From Isurus oxyrinchus (Eukaryota): 64,000 nt of DNA. Both the position numbers and the translations under genes were made by a program. Below the pieces are notes generated by a model that was not told the origin of the DNA, searched no databases, and saw only the letters and a list, made by a program, of their open reading frames with translations. The stretch lies in contig JANJGN010000053.1 of the NCBI GenBank assembly GCA_026770705.1, positions 3,162,001 to 3,226,000 of the forward strand, read 5' to 3'. Below are positions 13,426 to 26,829 of this stretch, piece by piece (positions within the stretch are counted from its first letter, which is position 1; each line of letters starts with the position of its first letter).

Positions 13426-13490
13426 TTTATAGGCCAATTGATGTCGCGGTGAGGAAGTCAGCTTGCGCAATAATTTGTGTTATTTATAGT
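13426..13490 (-). promoter_or_regulatory. putative GPCR promoter: TATA-like boxes, C/EBP and PU.1/ETS sites
   Basis: TATAAA on the minus strand at 13431-13426 and at about 13488-13483; perfect C/EBP palindrome TTGCGCAA(T) at 13463-13471; GAGGAAGT at 13451-13458. All lie 70-130 nt upstream of the ATG. Confidence 0.55.
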
Positions 13491-13819
13491 CACTTAACAA
13501 ACTAGCGAGTAATTTTCCTCTTCAGAGACCCCGGTCCGTCAATGGGGAAATTGACCAGCTCAGTTCCAGAAACTTCGTCATTTAAATTAATGATCGGGAA
13601 GCAACCCCAAGTGGAATGTGTTCTGCGCATGCCCGCCTTGAATGTGGAAAGGGATACCTCTCTGTACAGTGTTGGATTCCTGGGGCTTCATATTATTCTT
13701 TTACGATCCTGACTCATCCATTGCAGAATGTAAACGTGTTATGGACTGTAATTCTTAAACTTCAAATTCCTGTCTTCTATGGCGAAACCTCACGCTGACT
13801 CGGCATTTTTATTATCCCT

Positions 13820-14325
13820 TCTCTGTCTTTAACATAGAGAGAGATCCCTTCTCATTCTATAACATGGAGGGAGATCCCTTCTCCATCTTTAAAATGGAGG
13901 GAGATCCCTTCTCCATCTTTAACATGGAGGGAAATCCCTTCTCCATCTTTAAGATGGAGGGAGATCCCTTCCCCATCTTTAAATTGAAGGGAGATCCCTT
14001 CTCTATCTTTAAAAAGGAGGGAGATCCCTTTTCCATCTTTGAAATGGAGGGAGATCCCTTTTCCATCATTAAAATGGAGGGCAATCCTTTTTACATCTTT
14101 AAAATGGAGGGAGATCCCTTTCCCATCTTTAAAATGGAGGGAGATCCCTTCTCCATCTTCAAAATGGAGGGAGATCCCGTTTCCATCTTTAGTTTGGAGG
14201 GAAATCCCTTCTCCATCTTTAACATGGAGGGAGATCCCTTTTCCATCTTTAAAATGGAGGGAGATCCCTTTTCCATCTTTAAAATGGAGGGAGATCCCTT
14301 CTCCAATTTTAAAATGGAGGGAGAT
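13820..14325. repeat. 30-bp quasi-palindromic minisatellite (AAAATGGAGGGAGATCCCTTCTCCATCTTT)n
   Basis: About 16 head-to-tail units. They produce the spurious ORFs (MEGDPFSIFK)n and (MEKGSPSILK)n. Confidence 0.95.
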
Positions 14326-15089
14326 ACCTGTGTCTCTGTCACGTTGAAAGTACTAATGTCCTATTTGTGAGGAGTCAACTCTGTCATAAATGTCCCAGTG
14401 CTGTGGGAACATAAAATGGCCACTGTGAACAAACCTAAAATGGCTGCCTGGTGTTTGGGGATTTTTCTTAGAGAATCTGAGAGAGAGAGGGAGAGAAAGA
14501 GAGAGGAAGAGAAGATGCAGAGCGAGGGAATGTTAAAGAGAGAGACACAGAGTGAGAGGGGATGAAGAGGCAGACGATGAAAGATTGATAATGGTCATAG
14601 CTTTGGGATATTTATGACTGAGTTGAATTATAGCAAACTTGTGACATTCTATCCTATTATCTTAAACAGTTAATAAATCCCGTGAAACAGACACAGACAC
14701 GGGCTTTGCAGCAGCAGAAAGAATGTGAATAATTCCATCCTGGGGGTTTTTAATTCCATATTCAGTTTTAGAAAATTCAGAATTCAAATTCACAACAGCA
14801 AATTGTGGGACTGAATGCACGGATCCATCAATATTCCAGGGAATTTATGTCTCCATACCTGTGTCTCTGTCACATTTAAAATACTAATGTTACATGAGTA
14901 ACTGTCCCAGTGCTGCTGGGACATGAAATGGCCACTGTGAACAAACTTAAAATGGCTGCCTGGTGTTTGTAGACTAGATTCACAGAGGAAGAGAGGCAGG
15001 GAGAGAAGACACAGCTCAAGTGAATGAGAAGTAGAGACTCTCAGACCAAGTGGGTGACTGAGAGCCAGAGAGTGAATAAAGGATATTGG

Positions 15090-16830
15090 TCATAGCACAT
15101 GGAAAGAGAAAGAGGCCATTTCTCCCTCCAACGGTTTTCTGACATTCAATAAGATCTGGCTGATCTGTGATCGAACCCCTTTGTCTCATATCTCTGCACC
15201 GTGTTAGGTAACAGAAATCCATCAGCATCAGTTTTAAACATGGACTAGTGGCTCAGCATCAATTTCCGTTCAGGTGAGAGAGATCCAAACTAATACCGCA
15301 CTTGGTATTTTAAAGTGTTTCTTAGTTTCTCTCCTGAAATTCTAAAATTCTTAACATAGTTGAAAAACCATGGCCCCAAGTCCCAGACTCCCCAAACCGG
15401 CGGAAATACATTCTCTTTTTCAACCCTCTACTTGCATTATGATCCTGAAATATTTAATCAAATCACCTCCTCAGCTAAATTCCAATGTAAAGATTCATCC
15501 ACACTGTTCAACAAACACACCCAAACCAAATACACAATGGGGTTGGATTGAGAGTAAAATTCCCTCTTCTCTGTCCCATCAGACAGGCCCAGAGAAGGGG
15601 CAACACAGAGTTAGATACCAAGTAAAGACAGGGACTACTGTGTGATAAACAGAGAAATGGTCGTGTGCAGTCCAAACAGAGGCCGGTGAAGTATAGCATT
15701 CGCAGAGACAGGGCCACGTGTTATATCGACTTAGAGAATGTCTAGTGCAGTAATAACTGAGGCAGGGTCCAGTGTAATAGAAGCAGAGGTCTGGTCTAGA
15801 GCATTCAGAATGGAAACAGGTTGTTGCTCAGAAACCAATGAAGACAAGGAAGAGGCCAATTGTGTGAGGCATTTCTCATCATCTCTGATCTTATGAGGAA
15901 AGGATTCTGAGTTTCGTATGGGGAAAGGTTGGACAGGCTGGGCCGGTATCCATCGGAGTTTAGAATTTGGAGAGGTGATCTTAGTGAAACATGTAAGATC
16001 CTGAGGGGACTTGACAGTGTGGATGTGGAGAAGATGTTTCCCCTTGTGGGAGAGTTTGGAGCTCAGGGCCAAAGTTTAAAAATATTTTCAAACAACTTTT
16101 AAAATGGATGCTAAGCTCCAATTCACACTCAGTGATGCAGTCTATCAAAAAAGGGAAATATTTACAAAGATCTGAAAATGTATACAAAACATTGCACACC
16201 ACAAATGAAGATGATTCCAATATCAAACACAGAAGGGGTGTAAATTTCAATTCCATCCCACCTAATCACACTGTCCCGGGAATCACATCCTTCCTATAGT
16301 TTGGCTCCCAGGACTGTACACAATACTGCAGCTGAGGTCTAACCAGCGTCTTATATACATTCAGCATAACCTCCCTGCTCTTGTAATCTATGCTCCTATT
16401 AATAAATCCCAGGATATGCTTTATTAACTATTCACTCAACCTGTCCTGCAACCTTGAATGATCTATGCACATCTCCACCCAGGCCTTTCTGCTCCTGCAC
16501 CCCCTTCAAAATTTCACCCCTAATTTTATTTTTCCCGTCCATGTTCCTCCAACCAAAATGCATCACCTCACACGTCTCCACATTGAACATCATTGGCCAC
16601 CTAGCTGCCCACTCTACCAACTTGTCAATGTCCTTTTGATGCTCTACACTGTCCTCCTCTCGGTTTACAATTCTCCCAACTTTTGTGCCATCCGCAAACT
16701 CTGAAATTGTCCCCTGCACACCAAGATATTAATCATTTATATACATCAGGGAAATCCTAGCTTCCAATACTGACCCCTGTGGAACTCCACTACAATCCTA
16801 CATCCAGCCAGAAAAATATCCGTGAACAAT
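15090..16830. mobile_element. cluster of CR1 LINE fragments (15090-15430 minus tail; 15920-16075 plus; 16270-16830 minus RT)
   Basis: ORF 16432-16719 reads ISEFADGTKVGRIVN..DIDKLVEWAARWPMMFNVETCEVMHFG, i.e. the CR1 RT FADD region and thumb. Confidence 0.85.
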
Positions 16831-17469
16831 TACTCTCTGTTTTCGTGGGAGAGAAAGGGAGAGAGAGAGATAGACGGAGAGATAGATGGGATGAAAGAGG
16901 TACAGAGATAGAAAGAGAGCAACAGAGAGACAAGGCGAAAAAAGAGATATGGGGGCGACAGAGAGAGGAGCTGAACAACGGAGCTAAGTAACGAGTGAGA
17001 GAGAGAGAGAAAGATGGAACGACAGATAAGAGAGACAGAGCGGCAGAGAGACAGGGTGAGAGGGAAAGAGAGCTGTGTAAGCGAGTGAGATAGAGAGAGG
17101 AGATCGAGAGAAAGAAAAAGGGATGAGTTGAGAGAGACAGAGATGAAGAGAGGGGAGCGAGTGTAGGGTAAAGATTTGGGGTGAGAGAGAGAAACAGAGA
17201 AATGTATAGAGTGGCAGACAGATGGGGTAGGAGAGGGAGAGAAGGAACGAGACGGAGTGAGAGAAAGAGAAAGTGTAGGGGCAAACTGAAAGTGCTCAAA
17301 AATCTGTTAACATTATTGAGTTCAAAGAACCATATCCTGTGAGATATCCCTTTTGCATCTTTAAATAAGAGGGATATCCCTTCCCCATCTTAAAAATGGC
17401 GGGAGAGCCTTTAACCAACTTTTAAATTGGGGGAGGCCTCTCCCTCAACTTGAGATGTGGAAGGTGCTG

Positions 17470-18590
17470 GATTCTAATCTAGGGGTTCGGGGTGGTTTAT
17501 TTATAGAATAACAGATACCCGGGAGTGAGTTAGAGACTGGAATCAAAGCGAGGGGTTCAGGGTGGTTTATATGAAGAATAACATATACCCGGGAGTGAGT
17601 TACAGACTGGAATCAAATCGAGCGGTTCAGTCGGTTTATATATAGAATAATAGATACCGGGGAGGGAGTTACAGACTGGAATCTAATTGAGGGGTTTGGA
17701 GAGTTTACATATAGGCTACAAGATACCAGGGAGGGAGTTACAGACTGGAATCTAATTGAGGGGTTTGGAGGGTTTATATATAGGCTAAAAGATACCCGGG
17801 AGTGAGTTACAGACTGGAATCTATTCGAGCGGTTCGGGATGGTTTATATATAGAGTAACAAATACCCAGGAGTGAGTAACAGACTGGAATCTAATCGAGG
17901 TGTTTGGGGTGGTTTATATATCGAATAACAGATACCCGGGAGTGAGTTACAGACTGGAATTTAATCGAGGCGATCGGCGTGGTTAATATTTTGGAATAAC
18001 AGATACCCGGGAGTGAGTTACAGACTGGAATCTAATCGAGGGGTTCAGGGTGGTTCATATATAGATAAACAGATACCCGGAATTGAGTTACTGACTGGAA
18101 TCTAATTGAGGGGTTTGGGGGGTATATATATAGATTAATAGATACCCGGGACTGAGTTAGAGACTGGAATCTAATCGAGGGTTTCAGGGTGGTTTATGTA
18201 TAGATAAATAGATACTCGGGATTGAGTTACAGACTGGAATCTAACTGAGGGGTTTGGGGGGTTTATATATATGGAATAATAGATACCCAGGAGTGCGTTA
18301 CAGACTGGAATCTAATTGAGGGGTTTGTGGGGTTTATATATAGAATAATAGATACCAGGGAGTGAATTACAGACTGGAATCTAATCGAGGGGTTTGTGGG
18401 GTTTATATATAGAATAATAGATACCCGGGAGTGAGTTACAGACTGGAATCTAATTGAGGGGTTTGTGGGGTTTATGTATAGAATAATAGATACCCGGGAG
18501 TGAATTACAAACTGGAATCTAATCGAGGGGTTTGTGGGGCTTATATATAGAATAACAGTTACCCGGGAGTGAGTTACAGACCGGAATCAT
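17470..18590. repeat. 69-70-bp satellite A (ATAGAATAACAGATACCCGGGAGTGAGTTACAGACTGGAATCTAATCGAGGGG...)
   Basis: About 16 tandem copies, directly visible. Confidence 0.95.
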
Positions 18591-19499
18591 GAACAGTTGA
18601 ACATATCATTTTTTTTGTGATGTGCTGAAATGCAGGTTACAGAGGCTGATTCATGGAATGTGTAGTGTGAGTTTTTAACCAGCTTTCTCCCAAATATCAA
18701 ATTTAATTTCTCATTGGAACTATTTGATGTTTTCTTAGTCCTGACACAAATGGATAGAGAATCTTTGTACCCTCACTGTTTGCAGCTTTCCACCATTTAT
18801 AATGTAATATTTTCCATCAATTTCAAAGTGAGGATCCACACATTTGCCTACAATGAAATCCATCTTTCACTATTTAACCCATTCACTTAAGGCGTTCATA
18901 TCTCTTTGGAATTTGAAGTGCAGGTTACAGATTGGATTGGAACTTTCTGCTTTCTGAATCATTAACCAAGGCTCACAGAGTAAAACATTAAAACTGACTT
19001 TCTGAAACAGGAGAGGCCCCACAACTTCAATTCTGTGATTCTCTGGCATCTCATGATCTGTATCATACAATATCTCTGCCCCTTTCATGTCTCTGAAGAC
19101 TTGGAAAATGATTCAGACAGCGGGGAACCAGTTCATTCTCTCGGGGCATTTCCTCTGAAGCATTTCTGTCTTTGGATATTTACAGTACACGGCTCCTTCA
19201 AAGTACGTCATTAAAATTCTTTCTTCAATCGTCCAAAACCTGTTGTCCATTCAGACTCCCAGGCCCTACATCCTATTGTTTGAAAGGTAACTTACATTTC
19301 AAAATGTAAGAGTGTGTGAATGCAAACACTTTCTTCACACGTTTCCACAATACTAAAGCCTCACACAATTCAGGATGAAATTTTTAACGCTACATTCATT
19401 AACTGACAGATTTCAGGCTCCAATTGGAAGCTTCAGGGTACAGAAAGTGACACATAGATGAAACATCCGATTTATCTGAATCTGCATCCGTTATTGCAC

Positions 19500-21795
19500 A
19501 GTGCAGGGTTAGATAGGAAGTAAAGTTGTTCTTAAATTGTCCCCATCAAACACGCCTAGAACAGGTACAGCACGGGGTTAGCTACAAAGTAAATCTCCCT
19601 CTACACTTTTCCCATCAAACAATGCCAGGACAGGCACAGCACAGGGTTAGATACAGAGTAAATCTCACTCGACACCATCCCCATCAAACACTCTCAGGAC
19701 AGGTACAGCACGGGGTTAGATACTGAGTAAGGATTCCTCTACTCCATCCCCATCAAACACGTCTAGAAAAGGTACAGCGCAGGGTTAGGTACAGAGTAAA
19801 TCTCCCTCTACACTGTCCCCATCAAACACTATCAGGAAAGTTACAGCACGGGGTTAGATACTGAGTAAATCTCCCTCTACACTGTCCCCATCAAACACTA
19901 TCAGGACAGGTACAGCACAGGGTTAGATACAGAGTAAATCTCCCTCTACACTGTCCCCATCAAACACTATCAGGACAGGTACAGCACAGGGTTAGATACA
20001 GAGTAAATCTCCACCTACACTGTCCCCATCAAACACTATCAGGACAGGTACAGCACGGGGTTAGATACAGAGTAAATCCCCTCAACACTGTCCCCATCAA
20101 ACACTATCAGGAAAGTTACAGCACGGGGTTAGATACTGAGTAAAAATCCCTCTACACCATCCTCAACCAGCACTCCTAGGACAGGTACAGCACGGGTTTA
20201 GATACAGAGTAAATCTCCCTCTACACCGTCCCCATCAAACACTCCCAGGACAGGTACAGCATGGGGTTAGATACAGAGTAAAGCTCCCTCTACACCATCC
20301 CCATCAAACACTCCCAGGACAGGTACAGCATGGGGTTAGACACAGAGTAAAGCTCCCTCTACACCATCCCCATCAAACACTCCCAGGGCAGGTACAGCAC
20401 AGGGTTGAATGCAGAGTAAATCTTCCTTTACACCATCCCCATCGGCACTCCCAGGACAGGTACAGCACAGGGTAAAATACAGAGTAAAACTCCCTCAACA
20501 CCATCCCCATCAAACAATCCCAGGGCAGGTACAGCACGGGGTTAGATACAGATTAAAGCTCCCTCTACACTGTCTCCATCATACACTCCCAGGGCAGCTA
20601 CAGAACGGGGTTAGAAACAGGACAGGTGCAGCATGGGGTTAGATAGAGAGTAAAGCTCCTTCTACATTGTCCCTATCAGAGACTCACTGGACAGGTACAG
20701 CACGGGGTTAGATACAGAGTAAAGCTCCCTCTACACTTCTCCGACCAAACAATCCCACAACAGGTACAGCATGGGGTTAGATACAGAGTAAGGCTCCCTC
20801 TACACTGTCCCCATCAAACACTCCCAGGACAGGCACAGAACAGGGTCAGATAAAGAGTACATCTTCCTCTACACTGTTCCCAACAAACACTCCCAGGACA
20901 GGTACAGCATTGGGTTAGATACAGAGTAAAGCTCCCTCTACACTGTCCCCATCAAACACTCACAGGGCGGGTACAGCACGCGGTTAGATACAGAGTAAAG
21001 CTCCCTCTACACTCTCCCCATGAAACACTCCCAGGACAGGTACAGCACGGCGTTAGATACAGAGTAAAGCTCTCTCTACACTGTACCCATCAAACACTCC
21101 CAGGGCAGGTACAGCACGGGGTTAGATACAGAGTAAAGCTCCCTCTACACTCTCCCCTTCAAACACTCATAGAACAGGTACAACACGGGGTTAGATACAG
21201 AGTATAGCTCGCTCTACACTGTCCCCATCAAACACTCCCAGGACAGGTACAGCATGGGGTTAGATACAGAGAAAAGCTCCCTCGATACTGTCCCCATCAA
21301 ATGCTCCGAGGGCAGATACAGCACGGGGTTAGATGCACAGTAAATCTCCCTTTACACTCTCCCCATCAAACACTCACAGAACAGGTACAACACGGGGTTA
21401 CATACAGAGTAAAGCTCCCTTTGCACTGTCCCCATCAAACACTCCCAGGACAGGTAGAGCACGGGGTTAGATACAGAGTAAAGCTCCCTCTACACTGTCC
21501 CCATCAAGCACTCACAGGGCAGGTGTAACATGGGGTTAGATACAGAGTAAAGCTCCCTCTACACTGTTCCCACCAAACACTCCCAGGGCAGGTACAGCAC
21601 GGGGTCAGATACAGAGTAAAGCTCCCTCTACACTGTTCCCACCAAACACTCCCAGGGCAGGTACAGCACGGGGTCAGATACAGAGTAAAGCTCCCTCTAC
21701 ACTGTCCCCATCAAACACTTGCAGGACAGGTACAACACGGAGTTATGATCAGAGTCAATCTTCCTCTACACCGTCCCCATCAAACACTCCCAGAG
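19500..21795. repeat. 69-bp satellite B (CCCCATCAAACACTCCCAGGACAGGTACAGCACGGGGTTAGATACAGAGTAAAGCTCCCTCTACACTGT)
   Basis: About 33 tandem copies; a degenerate orphan copy lies at about 15500-15640. Confidence 0.95.
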
Positions 21796-21954
21796 AGAAA
21801 GAGCAACTGAGAACTGGGTTGAGAAGGCATCTCCATCCTCTCTCAGCATCTCTCTCATCCAAAAATAGAGAGAGCATGGGAAAGATTTTTCAGTGTGGCG
21901 AGGAGGAGTGGGTGCATGCACAGAGAGTTTGAGGGATGGAAGAGAGAGAGAGAT

Positions 21955-23440
21955 GGTGTTTGTTGTGAGAGATTGTGTGTGAGAGGGATTGTGTGTAAGG
22001 GATTGTGTGTGAGATGGATTGTGTGTAATAGATTGTGTGTGAGAGGGATTGCGAGTGAGAGGGATTGCGTGTGAGAGGGACTGTGTGTGAGCGGTAATGT
22101 GTATGATATCGATTGTGTGTGAGAGGGATTGTGAGTGAGAAGGATTGTGTGTGAGCGGGATTGTGTGTGAGAGGGATTGTGTGTGAGAGGGAATGGGTGT
22201 GAGAGGAAGGTGTGTGAGATTGTGTGGGAGACTGTGTGTGAAAAATTGCAGGAGTAAATTTGAGAGAGAGAGAGTGTATGGGTTTGTGTTTCAGAACGTA
22301 TGTTCTTGTGAGAGTGTGTGCTACTGTGTGTGAGAGTGAGAGTGAGAGAAAATGTGTGTGTGTTTGAAGGAGAGAAATATCTGTGAGTGTGAATGTGTGT
22401 GTGAGGGTATGTGTGTGTTTTTATGTGTTTGTGTGCCTGTGTGTATGAGAAAGTATATATCTGTGCAAGCGTGTGCATGTGTTTGTGTGTATATGAGAGA
22501 GAGAATGTATATTTATATGTGTTTGTGTGTGTGTGAGTGCGTGTATGTGTGTGAGTTGGTGTATGTGTGTGTGTGTCTTTGTGTGTGCCTACGAGATTGA
22601 ATATATCTGTGTGGGTGTTTGTGTGAGAGAAAATGTATGTGGTATGTGATTTGTGTGAGTAAGAATAGATGTGCGTGTGAATGTGTGTGTGAGGTTGTGT
22701 GTGTTTGCGTCCAAGAGAAAGAATATATCTGTGAGTGTGTGTGTGAATTGGTGAGATAGAGAATCAGTGTCTGTAAGAGAGAGGATGTGTGTGTGTTTGA
22801 GAATGCATCTGTGTGATTGTGGCTATGTCTGTGTGAGCATGTGTATGAGAAAGAATATGTCTTTGTGAGTGTGTGTGAGAGAGAGAGTGTGTGTATGAGA
22901 AATAATATATCTGTGTGGTGTCACTGTGAGAGAGAATGTGTGTGAGTGTGTGTGTGTGTGTGAGAGAGAGAGACTGTGTGTATGAGAAATAATATATCTG
23001 TGTGGTATCAGTGTGAGAGACAATGTGTGTGTATGTGTGTGTGTATGTGAGTGTGTGTGAGAGAGAGAGTGTGTATGAGAAATAATATATCTGTGTGGTG
23101 TGAGTGTGAGAGAGAATGTGTATGTGTGTGTGAGTGTGAGTGAGAGAGAGAGTTTGTGTATGAGAATTAATATATCTGTGTGGTGTGAGTGTGAGAGAGA
23201 ATGTGTATGTGTGTGTGTGTGTGAATGTGTGTGAGAGAGAGAGAGTGTATGTATGAGAATTAATATATCTGTGTGGTGTCAGTGTGAGAGAGAATGTGTA
23301 TGTGTGTGTGTGTGAAACAGAGAATTGATGTGCATGAGTGTGTCTGTGTGTGAAAGTATATGTGTGTATGTCTGCGTGCATGAGAAAGAATATATCTGTG
23401 CAATTGTGTGTTGGTGTGTTTGAGAGTGTTTGTGTCCAAA
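21955..23440. repeat. TG/GA-rich compound microsatellite and minisatellite
   Basis: (GATTGTGTGTGAGAGG)n followed by higher-order units containing GAGAAATAATATATCTGTGTGGTG. Confidence 0.9.
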
Positions 23441-23444
23441 TTGA

Positions 23445-23722
23445 AATGTAGGGAGATCCCTTCCCCATCTTTAAAATGGAGGGCGATCACTTCCCCGTCT
23501 TTAAACTGGAGGGAGATCCTTTCAAATCTTTAAAATGGAGAGAGATCATTTCTCAATCTGTAAAATGGAGGTAGATCTCTTCTCCGTCCTTATAATGGAG
23601 GGAGATCATTTCTCAATCTTTAAAATGGAGGTAGATCCCATCTCCATCTTTTAAATGGAGGGAGATCCTATTTCAATCTTTAAAATGAAGGGAGATCCCT
23701 TCTGCATCTTTTAATGGAGGGA
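23445..23722. repeat. 30-bp quasi-palindromic minisatellite, left of the CR1 copy
   Basis: AAAATGGAGGGAGATC...TCTTT units. Confidence 0.9.
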
Positions 23723-23738
23723 TATGTCTGTCACAGAG

Positions 23739-24895
23739 TCAGAGAGAGCGACAGCACAGTAAAAGTCCATTTGGTCCACCAAGTCTGTGTCGATCGATCA
23801 AGAACCTAACAATTCTCATCCTATTTTCCAGCACTAGGCCCACAGCTTTATATGCCAAGGTATCGCAAGTGCACATCCAAATATTCTGAAATGTTATGAG
23901 GGTTTCTGCCTCTAAACCCCTTTCAGGCAGTGAGTTCCAGATTCCCACCACCCTCTGGGTGAAAAAATGCTTCCCCACTTCCCCTCTAAACCTCATGCTC
24001 CCTGCCTTAAATCTATGCCCCCTGGTTATTGTTCCCTCCACCAAGGGGAAAAGTTCCTTGCTGTCTACCCTATCAATGCCCCTTATAATTTTATTCACCT
24101 CAGTCATGTCCTTCCTCAATCTCCTCTGCTCCCGGGAAAATAATCCAAGTCTATCCAATCTCTCCTCATATGTAAAATTCTCCAGCCCAGGCAACATCCT
24201 GGTAAATCTCCTCTGCTCTCTCTCTAGTACAATCACATCCTTCCTATAATGTGGATTCCAGAACTGCACACAATACTCTAGCTGTGGCCTAACCAGCGTT
24301 TTATACAGTTCCAGCATGACATCCCTGCCCTTATATTCTATGTCTTGGCTAATAAAGGAAATAACTCATATGCCTTCTTAACCACCTTATTATCCTGTCC
24401 CGCTACCTTAAGGGACCGGTGGACATGCACACCAAGGTCCCTCTAATGCTCATTACATCCCAGGGTCCTACCATTCAGCATGTATTCCCGTGCCTTGTTT
24501 GTCCTGCCCAAGTGCATCACCTCACACTTATCCGGATTAAAGTCCATTTGCCACTGACCGGCCCATCTATATCCTCCTGTAATCTAAGGCTCTTCTCCTC
24601 ACTGTTTACCACCTCACGTATTATCGTGTCATCCGCAAACTTGCTGATCAACCCTCCAACATTGAAGTCAAAATCGTTTATACACACCACACACAGCAAG
24701 GGACCCAACCCCGATCCCTGTGGAACCCACTGGACACAGGAATCCAGTCACAAAAACACCCCTTGACCATCACCCTCTGCTTCCTGCCACTCAGCCAATT
24801 CTGGATCCAATGTGTAAAATTGCCTTGGATCCCATGGGCTCTTACCTTCACTTTCAGTCTCCCTTGTGGGACCTTATCAAAAGCCTTGCTGATGT
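23739..24895 (-). mobile_element. 5'-truncated CR1 LINE (ORF2 RT C-terminal part plus 3' tail)
   Basis: ORFs read GPLL...ISKFADDT and LELYKTLVRPQLEYCVQFWNPHYRKD...RRFTRMLPGL...FFTQRVVGIWNSLP, the diagnostic CR1 ORF2 C-terminus. Confidence 0.93.
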
Positions 24896-24904
24896 CCCAC
24901 TAGG

Positions 24905-25145
24905 CTACGTCTTCTCCATATTTGAAATGGAGGGAGATCCATTCCCATCTTTAAAATGGAGGGAGATCCATTCCCGTCTTTAAAATAGGGGGAGATCCAT
25001 TCCCAACTTTAAAATGGAGGGAGATCCATTCCCGTCTTAAAATGGAGGGAGATTCATTCCCCTCATTAAAATGGAGGGAGATCCATTCCCATCTTTAAAA
25101 TGGAGGAGATCCATTCCCATCTTTAAAATGGAGGGAGATCCATTG
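24905..25145. repeat. 28-30-bp variant of the palindromic minisatellite, right of the CR1 copy
   Basis: (AAAATGGAGGGAGATCCATTCCCATCTTT)n. Confidence 0.9.
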
Positions 25146-26029
25146 TCCAACTTGTATTGTGGAAGTCCTGGAACCTACAATGGAGGAAAGAGTAAAGCTT
25201 ATTCGAGAATGAAAAGTTAACGTGCGTGTGTATCACTGAACGGTTACAACACAGAAGGAGGCCATTCAGCCCATCAATCTACTTTTCACACTCTGCAAGG
25301 AAAGTTTCACTGGTCTCACTCGTCCGCCCTTTCCCTGAAACCCTGAAAATATTTTCCCTTCAGCTTCACACCCAAATCTTCCTCAAAAGGGAGACTGGGG
25401 ATGGTGGGGAGAGGGGGTGAGGGGGAGACTGATGGAGTAAGAGAGAGAAAGAGAGAGAGAGGGAAACGAGAAAGATGGCGAGAGAGACACAGAGTGAGAT
25501 GGAGATAGAGAGACAAAACTCACCAAGAGATATAGTGACAGGGTGAGAGAGAGAGAGAAGGGCAGAGAGTGGCAGAGCAATGGAGTGAAAGAGACAGAGA
25601 CAAGTGAGGTGTGAGAGAGAGAGACAGGCAAGAGAGAGACTGAGTGTGTCAGAGAGACAGTGGCAGAGCGAGGCAGAGAGAGAGTGACAGAGAGACGTGG
25701 CGATGGGTAGAGAGGTGGGTTGATAGAGAGAGGGTCAGAGAGTGACAGAGAGATAGAGAGAGAGACAGAGACAGAAAGAGAGTGAGAGGCAGAGGGATGG
25801 GGAGAGAGAGAGAGAGAGATGGATATAGCCACAGTGAAATGGAGTGTGAGTGAAAGAGAGAGGGTGAGAGAGAGATAGAGAGAGGCGAATGAGTGAAAGA
25901 AAAATGGATGGGTTGTGAGAGAGTGTCAGAGAGAGGGGACTGAGTCTCCGAAATAAGGATGGGGTGAGAGATAGAATCAGAGAGACGAGTCAAGGAAAGG
26001 CAAAGGTAGTAGGGAGAGGGAGAGCAGAT

Positions 26030-26435
26030 GAAATGGAGGGAGAACCATCCAAAATATTTAAAATGGAGGCAAATATCTTCCCAATCTTAAAAACGGATGG
26101 AGATCCCTTTACCATCATTAAAGTGGAGGGTAAACACTTCTCCGTATTTAAAATGGAGGAAGATCCCTTCTCCAAATTCAAAATGGAGGGAGATCCCTTC
26201 TCTGTCTTTAGAATAGAGGAAGATCCCGGCACCATCCTGTAAATGGAGGGAGATCCCTTCCCCATCTTTAAAAAGGAGGGAAATCACTTCTCTGTCTTTA
26301 AAACGGAGGGAGATCCCTTCTCCATCTTTAAAATGGAGGGAGATCCTTTCCCCATCTTTAAAAAAGAGGGAGATCCCTTCTGCATCTTTAAAAAGGAGGG
26401 AGATCCCTTGTCCATCTTTAAATTGGAGGGAGGAA
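26030..26435. repeat. 30-bp quasi-palindromic minisatellite (duplicate of the 13.8-kb array)
   Basis: Same unit, followed by the same unique flank as at 14326-14720. Confidence 0.92.
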
Positions 26436-26829
26436 CCTGTGCCTCTGTCACGTTGAAAGTACTAATGTCCCATTCGTGAGGAGTCAACTCTGTCATAAAT
26501 GTCCCAGTGCTGTGGGGACATAAAATGGCCTCTGTGAACAAACCTAAAATGGTTGCCTAGTGTTTGGAGATTTTTCTTACAGAATCTGAGAGAGAGAGAG
26601 AGAGAGAGAGAGAGGAAGAGAAGATGCAGAATGAGGGAATGTTAAAGAGAGATACAGAGTGAGAGGGGGTGAAGAGGCAGATGATGAAAGATTGATATCA
26701 ATCATAGCCTTGGGACAGTTATGACTGAGATGATTTATGGCAAACTTGTGTCATTTTAACTTTAGCAGTTAATAAATCCCAAGATACTGACACAGACACG
26801 GGCTTTGCAGCAACAGAAAGATTGAGAAT

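Noticed and set aside
13864-14370. (MEGDPFSIFK)n repeat protein
   Set aside because: A 30-bp unit without stops is open in several frames on both strands; no evidence of coding constraint.
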